In this document: piece by piece, positions 1-11,442 of the stretch
Numbering within the stretch: the stretch's first letter is position 1
How the letters are laid out: the number at the start of each line of letters is the position of its first letter
Source of the DNA: Acidobacteriota bacterium
GTDB lineage: Bacteria > Acidobacteriota > HRBIN11
Assembly: GCA_030550225.1 (NCBI GenBank)
Contig: JAUQPV010000001.1
Span: forward strand, 1-54,771
DNA: 54,771 bases
Direction of reading: 5' to 3'
The notes under the pieces: model-generated
What the model was told of the DNA's origin: nothing
The model's input: the letters and a program-made list of their open reading frames with translations, nothing else
The model's database searches: none
Position numbers and translations under genes: made by a program

Positions 1-534
<534 letters not shown>

Positions 535-596
535 AGCAAGCGACACCGACTGCCCATCTGCTGATTGTCAAATTGCCGAAAAGAGGAGGTCCTGCG

Positions 597-2300
597 ATGG
601 AAAGGGTCTGGATCTTGGACACGACGCTTCGCGACGGGGAACAATCCCCGGGCGTCGCCTTAAACGCCGATCAGAAGCTGGAGATCGCCCGCGCCTTGGC
701 GGCCCTGCGAGTCGACGCCATCGAGGCCGGATTCCCTGCCTCCTCCCCGGGCGACTTCCAAGCCGTCCACCGCATCGCCCGGGAGGTGCGGGGTTGCATC
801 ATCGCCGGGCTGGCGCGGGCGGTCCCGAAGGATGTGGATGCCTGCTGGGAGGCGCTTCGTCCCGCCGAGGCGCCCCGCATCCACATCTTCATCTCCAGCT
901 CCGACATCCATATTATGCACCAACTCGAGAAGAACCGGGAAGAGGTCCTGGAGATGGCGCGGGCGATGGTCGCCCGGGCCCGTCGGTACTGCCCGGACGT
1001 CGAGTTCTCCCCGATGGACGCCACCCGGTCGGACCGGCGATTCGTCTACCAGATGTTAGAGGCCGTGATTGACGCCGGGGCGACGGTCGTCAACATCCCC
1101 GACACGGTCGGCTATGCCATCCCTGAGGAGTTTGCCGACTTTATCCGGAGCATCCGGGAGAACGTGCGCAACATTGACCGGGTGACGATTTCCGTCCACT
1201 GTCACGACGACCTGGGCCTGGCCGTCGCCAACAGCTTGGCCGCCATCCGTGCCGGTGCCCGGCAGGTCGAGGGGTGCATCAACGGCATCGGTGAACGGGC
1301 CGGCAACGCGGCCCTCGAGGAAGTCATCATGGCCCTCCGCACGCGGCGGGACTTCTTCGGGGTCGAGGTCGGCGTCGACACGACCCAAATCTATCGGGTC
1401 AGCCAGCTCGTGTCCCAGCTCACGGGCATGCCTGTCCAGCCGAACAAGGCTATCGTGGGGGTCAATGCCTTTCGCCACCAGTCGGGCGTCCACCAACACG
1501 GCGTCGTCAAGCTCCGGGAGACTTACGAAATCATCGACCCCCGAGACATCGGCCTCCCCCGGGGCGGAATCATCGTCCTCAACAAGAATTCCGGCCGGGC
1601 TGGCTTGCAGGCCCGGCTCAAGGAGTTGGGCTACACGCTGAGTGAGGCAGAGATGGACCGGGTCTTCCAGGCCTTTAAAGAGTTGGCCGACCAGAAGGGC
1701 GAGGTCCACGATGCCGATTTGGTGGCCCTCATGACGGCCGAGCGGGCCCCGACCGGGGAGGCCTTCCAACTGGACCTCCTGCAGGTGTCCTGTGCCAACG
1801 GGACACCGACGGTCACGGTCCGGCTCGTCGGCCCGGAGGGGCGGGTCGTCGAGACGACCGTCACGGGGACGGCGCCCCTGGAGCCGTCCTACCGGACGAT
1901 GGGCGACCTGGTGGGTACGTCCCATCGCTTGGTCGAGTCCTACCAGGTCAAAACCGTCCCTGATCCGGCCGATGACTCGTGTTGCACCGTGACGGTCTGG
2001 ATCGACGTGAATGGCCATGGCTTCATCGGCCGCGGCACCGACCCGGACATCATCGTAGCCGCTTCCCGGGCCTTGAAGGATGCTCTCAACCAGTTCCTGA
2101 CGCGGGGGGTCCACCCAGCGGCCCACCGACCGAGTGAGGTCACGGTCCGCATCGACGCCGACGGTCGTCAGTTGGTCGGTCGGGCCCGCAGTACGGACGT
2201 CCTCGTGGCCTCGGCCCGGGCCTTGATGGACGCCCTTCACGGCGTCTTGGCGGCGAGCACGTCCGCCGAGGAAGCCGTTCCCGTCGTCTCCCGCCGATGA
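597..2300 (+). CDS. leuA: 2-isopropylmalate synthase (LeuA/CimA family) with an extended C-terminal regulatory region
   Basis: ATG at 597 follows AAGAGGAGG. The N-terminus [20 protein letters not shown] plus [16 protein letters not shown] are hallmark HMGL-like/LeuA motifs. The listed ORF start at 120 overlaps ilvC and is rejected. The gene lies directly upstream of leuCD. LeuA and citramalate synthase cannot be distinguished by eye. Confidence 0.85.
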   Translation: MERVWILDTTLRDGEQSPGVALNADQKLEIARALAALRVDAIEAGFPASSPGDFQAVHRIAREVRGCIIAGLARAVPKDVDACWEALRPAEAPRIHIFISSSDIHIMHQLEKNREEVLEMARAMVARARRYCPDVEFSPMDATRSDRRFVYQMLEAVIDAGATVVNIPDTVGYAIPEEFADFIRSIRENVRNIDRVTISVHCHDDLGLAVANSLAAIRAGARQVEGCINGIGERAGNAALEEVIMALRTRRDFFGVEVGVDTTQIYRVSQLVSQLTGMPVQPNKAIVGVNAFRHQSGVHQHGVVKLRETYEIIDPRDIGLPRGGIIVLNKNSGRAGLQARLKELGYTLSEAEMDRVFQAFKELADQKGEVHDADLVALMTAERAPTGEAFQLDLLQVSCANGTPTVTVRLVGPEGRVVETTVTGTAPLEPSYRTMGDLVGTSHRLVESYQVKTVPDPADDSCCTVTVWIDVNGHGFIGRGTDPDIIVAASRALKDALNQFLTRGVHPAAHRPSEVTVRIDADGRQLVGRARSTDVLVASARALMDALHGVLAASTSAEEAVPVVSRR

Positions 2301-2344
2301 TGCCGGGGGCGTCCCCAACCCAGAGACGGCTCGAGGAGGACCCG

Positions 2345-3754
2345 ATGGCCCCGAAGACGCTCTTCGAGAAGGTCTGGGAGGCCCACGTCGTCGACGAAGC
2401 CGACGGCCGGGCCCTCCTGTATGTGGACCTCCACCTCGTCCATGAGGTGACCTCGCCCCAAGCCTTTGAAGGCCTCCGCCTGACCGGTCGCCGGGTCCGC
2501 CGCCCTGACCTGACGGTGGCGACAGTCGACCACAACGTGCCGACGGAGTCTCGGCCCAGCCCGATCCTCGACGCCATCGCCCGACGCCAGGTCGAGGCCC
2601 TACGGGAGAACTGCGAGATTTTTGGTGTCACCTACTTTGGAATCGAGTCGGACCGGCAGGGGATCGTCCACGTCATCGGTCCCGAGCTGGGCTTAACCCA
2701 GCCCGGCATGGTGATCGTGTGCGGCGACTCCCACACGTCGACCCACGGGGCCTTCGGGGCCTTGGCCTTCGGCATCGGGACCTCCGACGTCGAGCACGTC
2801 CTGGCGACCCAGTGCATCTGGATGAAGAAGCCCAAGACGATGGAGATTCGCGTCGAAGGCCAGCTCCCCCGGGGCGTCACGGCCAAGGACCTGATCCTGG
2901 GCATCATCGGCCGGATCGGTGTCGACGGCGCCGTCGGCCACGTCGTCGAGTACACGGGTTCGGCCATCCGGGCCCTCTCGATGGAGGGCCGGATGACCGT
3001 CTGCAACATGTCTATCGAAGCCGGTGCCCGGGCTGGGATGATCGCCCCTGATGCCACGACCTTCGCCTATCTGGAGAGTCGGCCCTTCGCCCCCCGGGGC
3101 CGGGAGTGGGAACGGGCCCTCGCCTACTGGCAGAGCCTGCCGACGGACCCCGGCGCTGCCTATAACAAGACCGTCGTCATCGACGCCGGCACGATGGAGC
3201 CTTACGTGACGTGGGGGACTCGACCCGACCAGGTCGCCCCCATCACGGGCCGGGTGCCCGACCCGGCCTCCTTGGCCCGACCCGAGGACCGGGCGGCCGC
3301 CGAGCGGGCCCTCCAGTATATGGGCTTGGAACCCGGGACGCCCATCCAGGAGATCTGGGTCGACCGAGTCTTCATCGGGTCGTGTACGAACGCCCGCATC
3401 GAAGACCTCCGGGCGGCCGCCGCCGTCGTACGGGGCCGACGGGTCCACCCCCGGGTCCGGGCGATGGTCGTGCCCGGCTCGACCCAAGTCAAGCGCCAGG
3501 CCGAGGCCGAGGGCCTCGACCGGATCTTCAAAGAGGCCGGCTTCGAGTGGCGAGAGTCGGGTTGCTCGATGTGTCTCGGGATGAATCCTGACATCTTGCG
3601 ACCCGGCGAGCGGTGCGCCTCGACGTCGAACCGGAACTTCGAAGGCCGACAGGGTCCTGGCGGACGGACCCACCTGGTCAGTCCCCTCATGGCGGCCGCC
3701 GCCGCCATCGCCGGCCGATTCGTGGACATCCGGACTTGGGATTGGGACGAGTAG
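2345..3754 (+). CDS. leuC: 3-isopropylmalate dehydratase large subunit
   Basis: [16 protein letters not shown]...[15 protein letters not shown]...CGDSHT...[11 protein letters not shown]...GCSMCLGMN are aconitase-family LeuC motifs. GAGGAGGA lies 6 nt upstream of the ATG at 2345. An alternative ATG at 2297 overlaps the leuA stop. Confidence 0.92.
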   Translation: MAPKTLFEKVWEAHVVDEADGRALLYVDLHLVHEVTSPQAFEGLRLTGRRVRRPDLTVATVDHNVPTESRPSPILDAIARRQVEALRENCEIFGVTYFGIESDRQGIVHVIGPELGLTQPGMVIVCGDSHTSTHGAFGALAFGIGTSDVEHVLATQCIWMKKPKTMEIRVEGQLPRGVTAKDLILGIIGRIGVDGAVGHVVEYTGSAIRALSMEGRMTVCNMSIEAGARAGMIAPDATTFAYLESRPFAPRGREWERALAYWQSLPTDPGAAYNKTVVIDAGTMEPYVTWGTRPDQVAPITGRVPDPASLARPEDRAAAERALQYMGLEPGTPIQEIWVDRVFIGSCTNARIEDLRAAAAVVRGRRVHPRVRAMVVPGSTQVKRQAEAEGLDRIFKEAGFEWRESGCSMCLGMNPDILRPGERCASTSNRNFEGRQGPGGRTHLVSPLMAAAAAIAGRFVDIRTWDWDE

Positions 3755-3823
3755 GTCCTGCGCTGCATTTTACCCGACACCCGGCACTTACCACCCGACA
3801 CCGAAGTCGAGGAGGTCGTCCTG

Positions 3824-4447
3824 ATGGAACCCTTCCGACGCCATACCGGTATCGTCGTGCCCCTGGACCGGTCCCATGTCGACACGGACCAGATCATGCC
3901 CAAGCAGTTCTTGAAGCGCATCGAGCGGACCGGCTACGGGGAGTTCCTGTTCTTCCACTGGCGGTACCGACCCGACGGTCGACCCGACCCGACGTTTGAA
4001 CTCAACGGGCCTGCATATCAGGGCGCCACGATCCTGGCGACGGGCCGCAACTTCGGATGCGGCTCCTCCCGAGAGCACGCCGTATGGGGCCTGAAAGACT
4101 ACGGTTTCCGGGTCCTCATCGCTCCTTCGTTCGCCGACATCTTCTTCCACAACTGCATCCAGAACGGCCTCCTGCCGGCGGTCGTGACAGAAGAGGCCGC
4201 CCGGGCCATCATCGACCGGGCCCGGACCCAGCCCGGATGGCGACTTACGGTCGACTTAGAGCGTCAGATCCTCTCGGACGAGGCTGACCTGTACATCGAG
4301 TTCCATATCGACCCCCAGGCCCGGGAACGACTCCTGAACGGGTGGGACGACATCGACCTGACCCTCCTCCGGGAGGACCGCATCCGTGCCTACGAACGAC
4401 GACGACCCAAGTGGCTCCCCCGTGTCAGTCAGCCATCAGGAACATAG
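3824..4447 (+). CDS. leuD: 3-isopropylmalate dehydratase small subunit
   Basis: MEPFRRHTGIVVPLDRSHVDTDQIMPKQFLKRI...GRNFGCGSSREHAVWGL is typical LeuD. GAGGAGG RBS; the gene follows leuC. Confidence 0.92.
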   Translation: MEPFRRHTGIVVPLDRSHVDTDQIMPKQFLKRIERTGYGEFLFFHWRYRPDGRPDPTFELNGPAYQGATILATGRNFGCGSSREHAVWGLKDYGFRVLIAPSFADIFFHNCIQNGLLPAVVTEEAARAIIDRARTQPGWRLTVDLERQILSDEADLYIEFHIDPQARERLLNGWDDIDLTLLREDRIRAYERRRPKWLPRVSQPSGT

Positions 4448-4480
4448 GCAGTCGGCGGTCGGAGGTGCGAGGCGCGGGAA

Positions 4481-4590
4481 GATTGCGAATTGCGAATTTC
4501 GGATGTCGAATTGGGGAACGGGGACGGGGAAAGCCCCGGCGTGCACCCTGGATTCCCGGCGCCTAAATCCGCGATCCGCAATTCGCATTC
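4481..4590. repeat. Inverted repeat with tandem-heptamer arms (GCGAATT/GCGGATT type) in the leuD-proC spacer
   Basis: Left arm 4481-4516 is gattGCGAATTGCGAATTTCGGATGTCGAATTgggg. Right arm 4566-4590 (aaatccgcgatccgcaattcgcattc) is its imperfect reverse complement. The loop is about 50 nt. Confidence 0.8.
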
Positions 4591-4828
4591 ATCTTGCATA
4601 CCCGATGTGCATATTTTAAGACGCCCGCATAACTGCGTGCGCTCGGTGTTTGTGACGCCGTCATGACCGGCGGCGTCAGGATAGAGGACGCCGGCATAAC
4701 TGCCGGCGTTCGGAAATACATTGCATGGATAGGTCGTGACCAAAACGCGCACGTCGGGTCTGCATCGTGTATCCCGACTCATGGCCCTGCCTCGTGCATC
4801 CTATAAGCTCATGCCGGGAGGGCTCACG

Positions 4829-5650
4829 ATGTTCCAAGACAAGCGCATCGCCGTCATCGGCGTCGGCAAGATCGGCGGTGCCCTTATCGCCGGCCTCCTC
4901 CAGAGCGGCATGGTCCGGCGGGAGGCCATCGCCGGGAGTACGGGCCATGCGGAGACGGCCCGTCGAGCGGCCCAGACTTACGAGATCCCTGTCCTGACCG
5001 ACAACCGGGCCCTCGTTCGGGACCGAGACATCATCATCCTGGCCGTCAAACCCCAGACCATTCGAAAAGTCGTCGCCGAGGTCCGGGACCTGATCACGCC
5101 GGACCGGTTGGTCGTCACCCTGGCGGCCGCCACGCCGACGGCCCGAATCGAAGAGGTCTTGGAACGGCCTGTTCCGGTCGTGCGAGCGATGCCCAACATG
5201 CCCTGCCTCATACAGAAGGGGATGACCGTCCTGTGCCCGGGCCGTTATGCGCAAGAGACCCACGTCCAGATGGCCTACGCCCTCTTTCAGCCCCTGGGCC
5301 GGGTCGAGGTCATCGACCACGAAGACCTGATGGACGCCGTGACGGCCCTCTCGGGAAGCGGGCCGGCGTATGCCTACATCATCATCGAGTCGCTGGCCGA
5401 GGGCGGCGTCAAAGTCGGCCTCCCTCGAGACCTGGCGACGACCCTGGCGGCCCAGTCTCTCCTGGGCGCGGCGGCCATGGTCCTGGAAACCCGGGAGCAC
5501 CCGGCCCGCCTGAAAGACGAGGTGACGACCCCGGCCGGCGTGACCATCGACGGCATCATGGAACTCGAAGACGGTGGCCTTCGCGTGACCCTCATCAAGG
5601 CCGTCGACCGGGCGACCCGGAAGTCCAAGGAGCTGTCCCGCGTCCATTGA
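4829..5650 (+). CDS. proC: pyrroline-5-carboxylate reductase
   Basis: MFQDKRIAVIGVGKIGGALIAGL is a Rossmann GxGxxG N-terminus. ...AMPNMPCLIQKGMTVL...SGSGPAYAYIIIESLAEGGVKVGLPR...TTPAGVTIDGI are typical ProC motifs. GGGAGGG RBS. The ORF start at 4736 runs through the upstream repeat region and is not favoured. Confidence 0.9.
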   Translation: MFQDKRIAVIGVGKIGGALIAGLLQSGMVRREAIAGSTGHAETARRAAQTYEIPVLTDNRALVRDRDIIILAVKPQTIRKVVAEVRDLITPDRLVVTLAAATPTARIEEVLERPVPVVRAMPNMPCLIQKGMTVLCPGRYAQETHVQMAYALFQPLGRVEVIDHEDLMDAVTALSGSGPAYAYIIIESLAEGGVKVGLPRDLATTLAAQSLLGAAAMVLETREHPARLKDEVTTPAGVTIDGIMELEDGGLRVTLIKAVDRATRKSKELSRVH

Positions 5651-5767
5651 GTAGGGCACAAGGCCAATACCCGGATGCTATGCTCTGTGCGCTATGCCCT
5701 TTGCGCTTTGCTCTTTGCCTTCTTCATCTCTCCCCTCAAACCGGGGATGGGTTCGGGGCGCCCACTC

Positions 5768-5796
5768 TTGACAGGCGCGGGGTGAAAACTTATTTT
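5768..5796 (+). promoter_or_regulatory. Candidate sigma-70 promoter (TTGACA-N17-TATTTT) about 370 nt upstream of gltB
   Basis: TTGACA at 5768-5773, a 17-nt spacer, then TATTTT at 5791-5796. No annotated gene lies immediately downstream. Confidence 0.3.
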
Positions 5797-6163
5797 TGAG
5801 GCGGTACCCGATATCCCCCTGAAGGGAGGCCAAGCATGGAATCTGCAGACCGTCGTCGGGTCCATGGCTTCTCTGGATTTGCTTCCTCTTCGATTTTCCC
5901 CCTCTCGCCGTCCCCGCGAGTTTGGGTCCTGCGTCTGGTCCTGCATAGGCCGGCCCGGGCCGTCCGGTAAGCCGGCACTTCATCGCCGCACGCGTCCCTG
6001 CGGACTCCTTTGGCAGGTCTGATCGCCTCGGAATTTTTAAATTTTAATTCTTTATTAGTGCATTTATTTTATAAAACTTGGAAAAGGCACGACCCAGCCA
6101 TCCAACACCTAAGGCCCAACACCGAACTCTACCCGCCCCGCTCCACGACTTCGGGAGGTACAG

Positions 6164-9100
6164 GTGATGGGGACGCCGGTTCGACGCCCAACTCCCTTGT
6201 ACGATCCCCGGCGTGAGCAAGACGCCTGCGGTGTCGGTTTTGTCGTTCGACTGGACGGTCAGAAGACCCACGAGGTCGTCCGGACGGCTATCGAGGCTGT
6301 CGTCCGCTTGAGTCATCGGGGTGCCCTCGACGCCGACGCCCGGACGGGTGACGGCGCCGGTATCCTGGTCCGTCTACCCCGACCCTTCTTCGCCCGGGAA
6401 GCGGTCCGTTTAGGTCTCCATATCTCATCTCTCCATCAGCTCGCCGTGGCGATGGTCTTCTTACCGTCGGACCCGGCGGCGGCCGCCGAGGCCCGGCGGG
6501 TCTTCATGCGCGCCTTCGCCGACCGACAACTTCAAGTCTTAGGCTGGCGCCCTGTCCCCGTCTGCCCCGACGTCCTGGGCGACCGGGCCCGCCGGGACTG
6601 TCCGACGATCGAACAGGCCCTAATCGTCCCGGCGACGGACCTCACGGGCGTGGACTACGAGCGACGTCTGTACTTAGCCCGGAAGACGGCCGAAGCCCGC
6701 TGGCGGGCCGGATCCATCGATGGGGCCTACGTCGTCTCATGCTCCCACCGGACGCTGGTCTACAAGGGCTTGCTGGCCGCCAAGCAGTTGGCGGCCTTCT
6801 ACCCGGACCTGTCCGACCCGGACTTCGCTTCGGACTTTGCGATCTTCCATCAGCGCTATAGCACGAACACCCTTCCGAGCTGGCCCCTGGCCCAGCCCTT
6901 CCGATTTCTCGCCCACAACGGTGAGATCAATACGTTGACCGGAAACGTCCTCTGGATGCAGGCGCGGGAGGCGGACCTGGCGGCCTCCGTGTGGGGCCCG
7001 GACGGGGACGTCCTCCGGCCTGTCGTCGTGCCGGGCGGAAGCGATTCGGCGATGCTGGACAACGTCCTCGAGCTCCTGGTCCTCTCGGGACGGAATGTCC
7101 TGCACGCGGTTCGACTCCTGATCCCCGAGGCGTGGGAGCACCGGCGGGACCTGCCGCCTGAGTGGCGGGCCTTCTACGATTTTCATGCCGGCGTCATGGA
7201 ACCTTGGGACGGGCCGGCCGCCATCGCCTTTACGGACGGACGCTACGTGGGCGCTCTCTTGGATCGGAACGGCCTACGGCCCCTGCGGTATCAGGTCCTG
7301 CGGGACGGCTGGCTCATCGCCGCCTCCGAGGCCGGCGTCATCGATGGGCCGCCCGAGCGGATCCTCCACCGAGGCCGCCTGGGCCCCGGCGACATCATCG
7401 CCGTCGATACGGCGACGGGAACCCTCTTGCAGAAGACCGAGATCATGGACCGGCTCACGGCGGCGCGGCCTTACGCGCATTGGGTCCGGCGGCGCTTCCG
7501 CTTTCAGCCGGGCCGGCCTCCCCAGACCTTCGGCCCGGTGCCCGAGCCCTTGACCCGGTGGCAACGGGCCTTCGGGTGGACCCACGAAGACGTCCGGATG
7601 GTCGTCCAGGCCATGGCCGAGCAGGGGCAGGACTTAGTCTGGTCGATGGGCGACGACACGCCCCTGGCGGTCCTGTCGAGTCGCCGCCGGCCCCTGACGT
7701 TCTACTTCAAGCAACGCTTTGCCCAGGTCACGAATCCGCCCATCGACCCCCTACGGGAAACGCTCGTCATGTCCCTGGACGTCTACCTGGGTCCCCGACC
7801 GAACTTCCTCGAGGAGTCCCTCGACCACGTCCGGGCCGTCCACCTGACGAGTCCCATCTTATCCGAGGCCGACCTGGCGGCCTTGCTCCAGTCGGCGCCC
7901 CTGCGCTACCGGACCCTGGGATGTTACTTCCCGGCCGACGACCCGGCGCGTCTGGCCCCGGCCCTGGAGGCTCTCCTTCAGGAAGCCGAAAAGGCCGTCG
8001 ACGACGGCGCCGAGCTACTCGTCTTGACCGACCGATGCATCGGACCCGACCGGGCGCCGATCCCCATGCTCCTGGCTGTCTCGGCCGTGCACCACCATCT
8101 CATCCGGCGGGGCAAGCGGCTTCAGACCGACATCGTCGTCGAGACGGGGGCTGTGTGGGACATCCACCATGCGGCCCTCCTGATTGGCTTTGGGGCCAGT
8201 GCCGTCTGTCCCTACCTGCTGTTTGCGACGGCCCGTCACCTGGCGACCCACGAACGGAACCTGGGCGGGCTTTCACCGGAAGAAGCCGTCGAGCGTTGTC
8301 GTCGGGCCTTGGAGAAGGGCCTCCTCAAGATCATGGCCAAGATGGGGATCTCGGCTCTCCGGTCCTATCGGGGCGCGCAGGTCTTTGAGATCCTGGGCCT
8401 TGCCCACGAGGTCGTCGAGCGCTACTTTCCCCACACGCCGGCCCGCCTGGGCGGCGTTAGCCTGACGGACATCGCCGAGGACGTCTTGGCGTGGCACCGG
8501 GCGGCTTTTCAGGCATCGGCCGCGTCGGACCGGCTCCCCGACATCGGCTACATCCGGTACCGGGGTGACGGGGAGTTCCACGCCTTCCATCCCGAGATGG
8601 TGCGGGCCCTCCATCGGGCCGTCGAGACGGGCGATTGGGAAGACTACGAGCGCTACCTGGAGGTCCTCCGCAAGGCCCCGCCCCATACCCTACGGGACCT
8701 CCTGGAGGTCGTCTCCGACCGGCCGCCGGTCCCCCTCGAGGAGGTCGAGCCGGCCGAGGACATTATCCGTCGGCACTTCGTCGTTTCGGGCATGTCTCTG
8801 GGTGCCCTCTCGTGGGCGGCCCACCGGACCTTGGCCATCGCCATGAACCGACTGGGAGCCCGGAGCAATTGCGGGGAGGGCGGCGAAGACCCGGCTTGGT
8901 ACCGGCCTCAAGCGGGCGGTGACCGGGCCGACCATCGAGTCAAGCAGGTCGCCTCGGGCCGCTTTGGCGTGACGACCGAGTACCTTGTTCGGGCCGACGA
9001 GCTCGAGATCAAGATCGCCCAGGGGTCCAAGCCAGGCGAGGGCGGCCAACTTCCGGGCCTCAAGGTCAGCGCCTTCATCGCCCGTATCCGGCATACCGTC

Positions 9101-10687
9101 CCGGGCGTCGCCCTGATCTCGCCGCCACCCCATCACGACATTTACAGCATCGAGGACCTGGCTCAGCTCATCTATGACCTCAAGGCGGTCAACCCCCGTG
9201 CCCGAGTCGGCGTCAAGCTCGTCGCCGAAAGCGGGGTCGGGACCATCGCCGCCGGCGTCGCCAAGGCCTATGCCGACTACGTCCAGGTCGGGGGGATGGA
9301 GGGCGGGACGGGCGCTTCGCCCCTGTCGTCCATCAAGAACGCCGGCTGTCCCTGGGAACTGGGCCTGGCTGAGACTCAGCAGGCCCTCATCCGGAACGGT
9401 CTCCGGGGTCGGGTCCGTGTGCGGGTCGACGGAGGGTTCAAGACAGGCCGAGACGTCATCGTGGCGGCCCTCCTCGGGGCCGAGGAGTTCGGATTCGGAA
9501 CGGCCGCCCTCGTGGCGATGGGCTGTAAGATGGCTCGCCAGTGTCACCTGAATACGTGTCCGACGGGGATCGCCACCCAACGGGAGGACCTGATCCGGGA
9601 GCGCTTCCGGGGAACGCCCGAGGGCGTCATTCGGTTCTTTACCTTCATCGCCGAGGAAGTCCGGCGATGGCTGGCCGCCCTGGGCTACCGGCGGCTGGAA
9701 GAGGTCGTCGGCCGCGTCGACCTGCTTCGGCCCCGGGCCCAGGTCGACTGTCCCCGGGCGGCGAAGCTGGACCTGACACCGCTCCTGGCCGACGTGGCCG
9801 CTGAAGACTCCGAACCCCGCCGGTGTGTCCAGGACCGGAACGACCCGCCCCATCCAGTCTTCGACGAGCGCGTCCTGGCCATCATCCGGCCGGCCCTCGA
9901 AAAGGGCGAGCCGGTCGTCTATGAGGGATCCGTCCAGAATTCGGACCTGACCGTCGGGGCCCGCATCGCTGGCGAGATCGTCCGGCGCCACGGCCTCCGG
10001 GGCCTGCCCCCACGAACCGTCGAACTTCGGCTCCGGGGCGCGGCCGGCCAGAGCTTCGGGGCCTTCTGCGTCGAGGGCCTCCGGCTGGTCTTAGAGGGCG
10101 AGGCCAACGATTACGTCGGCAAGGGCATGAGCGGCGGCGAGATCGTCATCCGGCCCCCGTCGAATGCGACCTTCCGGCCGGAAGAAAACGTCATCGTGGG
10201 GAACACGGTCCTCTACGGTGCCACAGGCGGCCGGGTCTTCATCGCCGGTCGGGCCGGTGAGCGGTTCGCCGTCCGCAACAGCGGGGCTGTCGCCGTCGTC
10301 GAGGGCGTCGGCGACCATGCCTGCGAGTACATGACCCAGGGTTGCGTCGTCGTCCTGGGGCCGACGGGATGGAACTTCGGGGCCGGCATGAGCCACGGCC
10401 GGGCCTATGTCTACGACCCGGCCGGCGAGTTTCCCGATCGGTGCCACGCCGAATGGGTCGTCGCCCGGCGACTGGAGCTCGACCGGGCCGAGGAGCTCCG
10501 AAGCCTCCTCCAGGACCACTGGGCGGCGACGGGAAGCCCTCGGGCGGCGGACCTGCTGTCCGCATGGCCGGCCTGCGTCGGCGACTTCTGGGTCGTCGAA
10601 CCGAAGGCGGCCCCGGCCGTCGCTCCACCGCCGGAGACGACCGAGCAAGCCGAACCCGTCCCCGTCCGCGTCCGCCGCCCGACATAG
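6164..10687 (+). CDS. gltB: glutamate synthase large subunit (GltB-type, about 1500 aa); no gltD-like small subunit is adjacent
   Basis: The N-terminal amidotransferase Cys (...REQDACGVGFVVRLDG), the FMN/Fe-S domains (...GGTGASP..., CHLNTCPTGIATQ) and the C-terminal GXGXG beta-helix (GNTVLYGATGGRVFIAGRAGERFAVRNSG) are all present. GGGAGG RBS; the start is GTG 6164 or ATG 6167. Confidence 0.95.
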   Translation: MMGTPVRRPTPLYDPRREQDACGVGFVVRLDGQKTHEVVRTAIEAVVRLSHRGALDADARTGDGAGILVRLPRPFFAREAVRLGLHISSLHQLAVAMVFLPSDPAAAAEARRVFMRAFADRQLQVLGWRPVPVCPDVLGDRARRDCPTIEQALIVPATDLTGVDYERRLYLARKTAEARWRAGSIDGAYVVSCSHRTLVYKGLLAAKQLAAFYPDLSDPDFASDFAIFHQRYSTNTLPSWPLAQPFRFLAHNGEINTLTGNVLWMQAREADLAASVWGPDGDVLRPVVVPGGSDSAMLDNVLELLVLSGRNVLHAVRLLIPEAWEHRRDLPPEWRAFYDFHAGVMEPWDGPAAIAFTDGRYVGALLDRNGLRPLRYQVLRDGWLIAASEAGVIDGPPERILHRGRLGPGDIIAVDTATGTLLQKTEIMDRLTAARPYAHWVRRRFRFQPGRPPQTFGPVPEPLTRWQRAFGWTHEDVRMVVQAMAEQGQDLVWSMGDDTPLAVLSSRRRPLTFYFKQRFAQVTNPPIDPLRETLVMSLDVYLGPRPNFLEESLDHVRAVHLTSPILSEADLAALLQSAPLRYRTLGCYFPADDPARLAPALEALLQEAEKAVDDGAELLVLTDRCIGPDRAPIPMLLAVSAVHHHLIRRGKRLQTDIVVETGAVWDIHHAALLIGFGASAVCPYLLFATARHLATHERNLGGLSPEEAVERCRRALEKGLLKIMAKMGISALRSYRGAQVFEILGLAHEVVERYFPHTPARLGGVSLTDIAEDVLAWHRAAFQASAASDRLPDIGYIRYRGDGEFHAFHPEMVRALHRAVETGDWEDYERYLEVLRKAPPHTLRDLLEVVSDRPPVPLEEVEPAEDIIRRHFVVSGMSLGALSWAAHRTLAIAMNRLGARSNCGEGGEDPAWYRPQAGGDRADHRVKQVASGRFGVTTEYLVRADELEIKIAQGSKPGEGGQLPGLKVSAFIARIRHTVPGVALISPPPHHDIYSIEDLAQLIYDLKAVNPRARVGVKLVAESGVGTIAAGVAKAYADYVQVGGMEGGTGASPLSSIKNAGCPWELGLAETQQALIRNGLRGRVRVRVDGGFKTGRDVIVAALLGAEEFGFGTAALVAMGCKMARQCHLNTCPTGIATQREDLIRERFRGTPEGVIRFFTFIAEEVRRWLAALGYRRLEEVVGRVDLLRPRAQVDCPRAAKLDLTPLLADVAAEDSEPRRCVQDRNDPPHPVFDERVLAIIRPALEKGEPVVYEGSVQNSDLTVGARIAGEIVRRHGLRGLPPRTVELRLRGAAGQSFGAFCVEGLRLVLEGEANDYVGKGMSGGEIVIRPPSNATFRPEENVIVGNTVLYGATGGRVFIAGRAGERFAVRNSGAVAVVEGVGDHACEYMTQGCVVVLGPTGWNFGAGMSHGRAYVYDPAGEFPDRCHAEWVVARRLELDRAEELRSLLQDHWAATGSPRAADLLSAWPACVGDFWVVEPKAAPAVAPPPETTEQAEPVPVRVRRPT

Positions 10688-10815
10688 TCCTTCCGACGTC
10701 GCGCTATCGCCGCAGCGACATGCTGGGACGGCCTCCCACAGGAACGACTTCGGGAGGCGTCCGTGCCCTGTCCGGGACTGCCGGTTATAATAAGGTGCTT
10801 TCGGAGGTCAAAGTC

Positions 10816-11442
10816 TTGCTACGGCTTCAGAAGGTAGTCATCGAGAATTACAAGGGCATCGAGCGGGCCGAGTTGGAGCCGGCCCGCGACGTGACATTGA
10901 TCATCGGCATCAACGGCGCCGGCAAGACCTCCTTGGTGGAAGCCATCCGTCTGCTGGGAGAGCTCACCCAAGGAAGCGACACACGATGGCTAAAGATGCT
11001 CTTTGCGACTCGGTCTCGGGAGGGGTTCGTCGGTTGCCTTCCTTGGAGGGAGCCGACCCGAGAGATGGCCTGGACCGTCACGGCCATTATGGAGGACGAC
11101 TCCGAAGTAGAGTACCGGCTCACCTTGGCGGCGAATCCGGTCGGTGACCCCACCGTGGCGAAAGAGGAATTTCGGTTAAACGGGGAAGTTCAGGTCCGCT
11201 GGGACCCAAAGCAAAGTGCTTGGGTCTCGGGAGAGCAAATTCTAATGGGTATGGTGCCGCCGCGCCTTTCGGAGGACCTCGTAATCGGGAGGACTGGACA
11301 AAGGTTATACTCCTATTCGATGACAATCAGAGGGACAAGGTCTCCCAGAAGGCTTCGACGGTCCGACCGGGCGACTTGCCTGGCGTTCCGATATGCGTCC
11401 TTTTTATCCCCTATATGCATGCGTGGGTCAAGGACATGCTGA
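10816..11442 (+). pseudogene. AAA/ABC-type P-loop ATPase N-terminal fragment (OLD/abortive-infection-like), apparently truncated or decayed
   Basis: TTG at 10816 follows GGAGGT. LLRLQKVVIENYKGIERAELEPARDVTLIIGINGAGKTSLVEAIRLLGE resembles the N-terminus and Walker A of AAA_15/AAA_21/OLD-type ATPases. No Walker B or signature motif follows in any frame. The three frames between 11.2 and 11.7 kb are broken, and local GC is visibly lower than the flanks. Confidence 0.45.
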
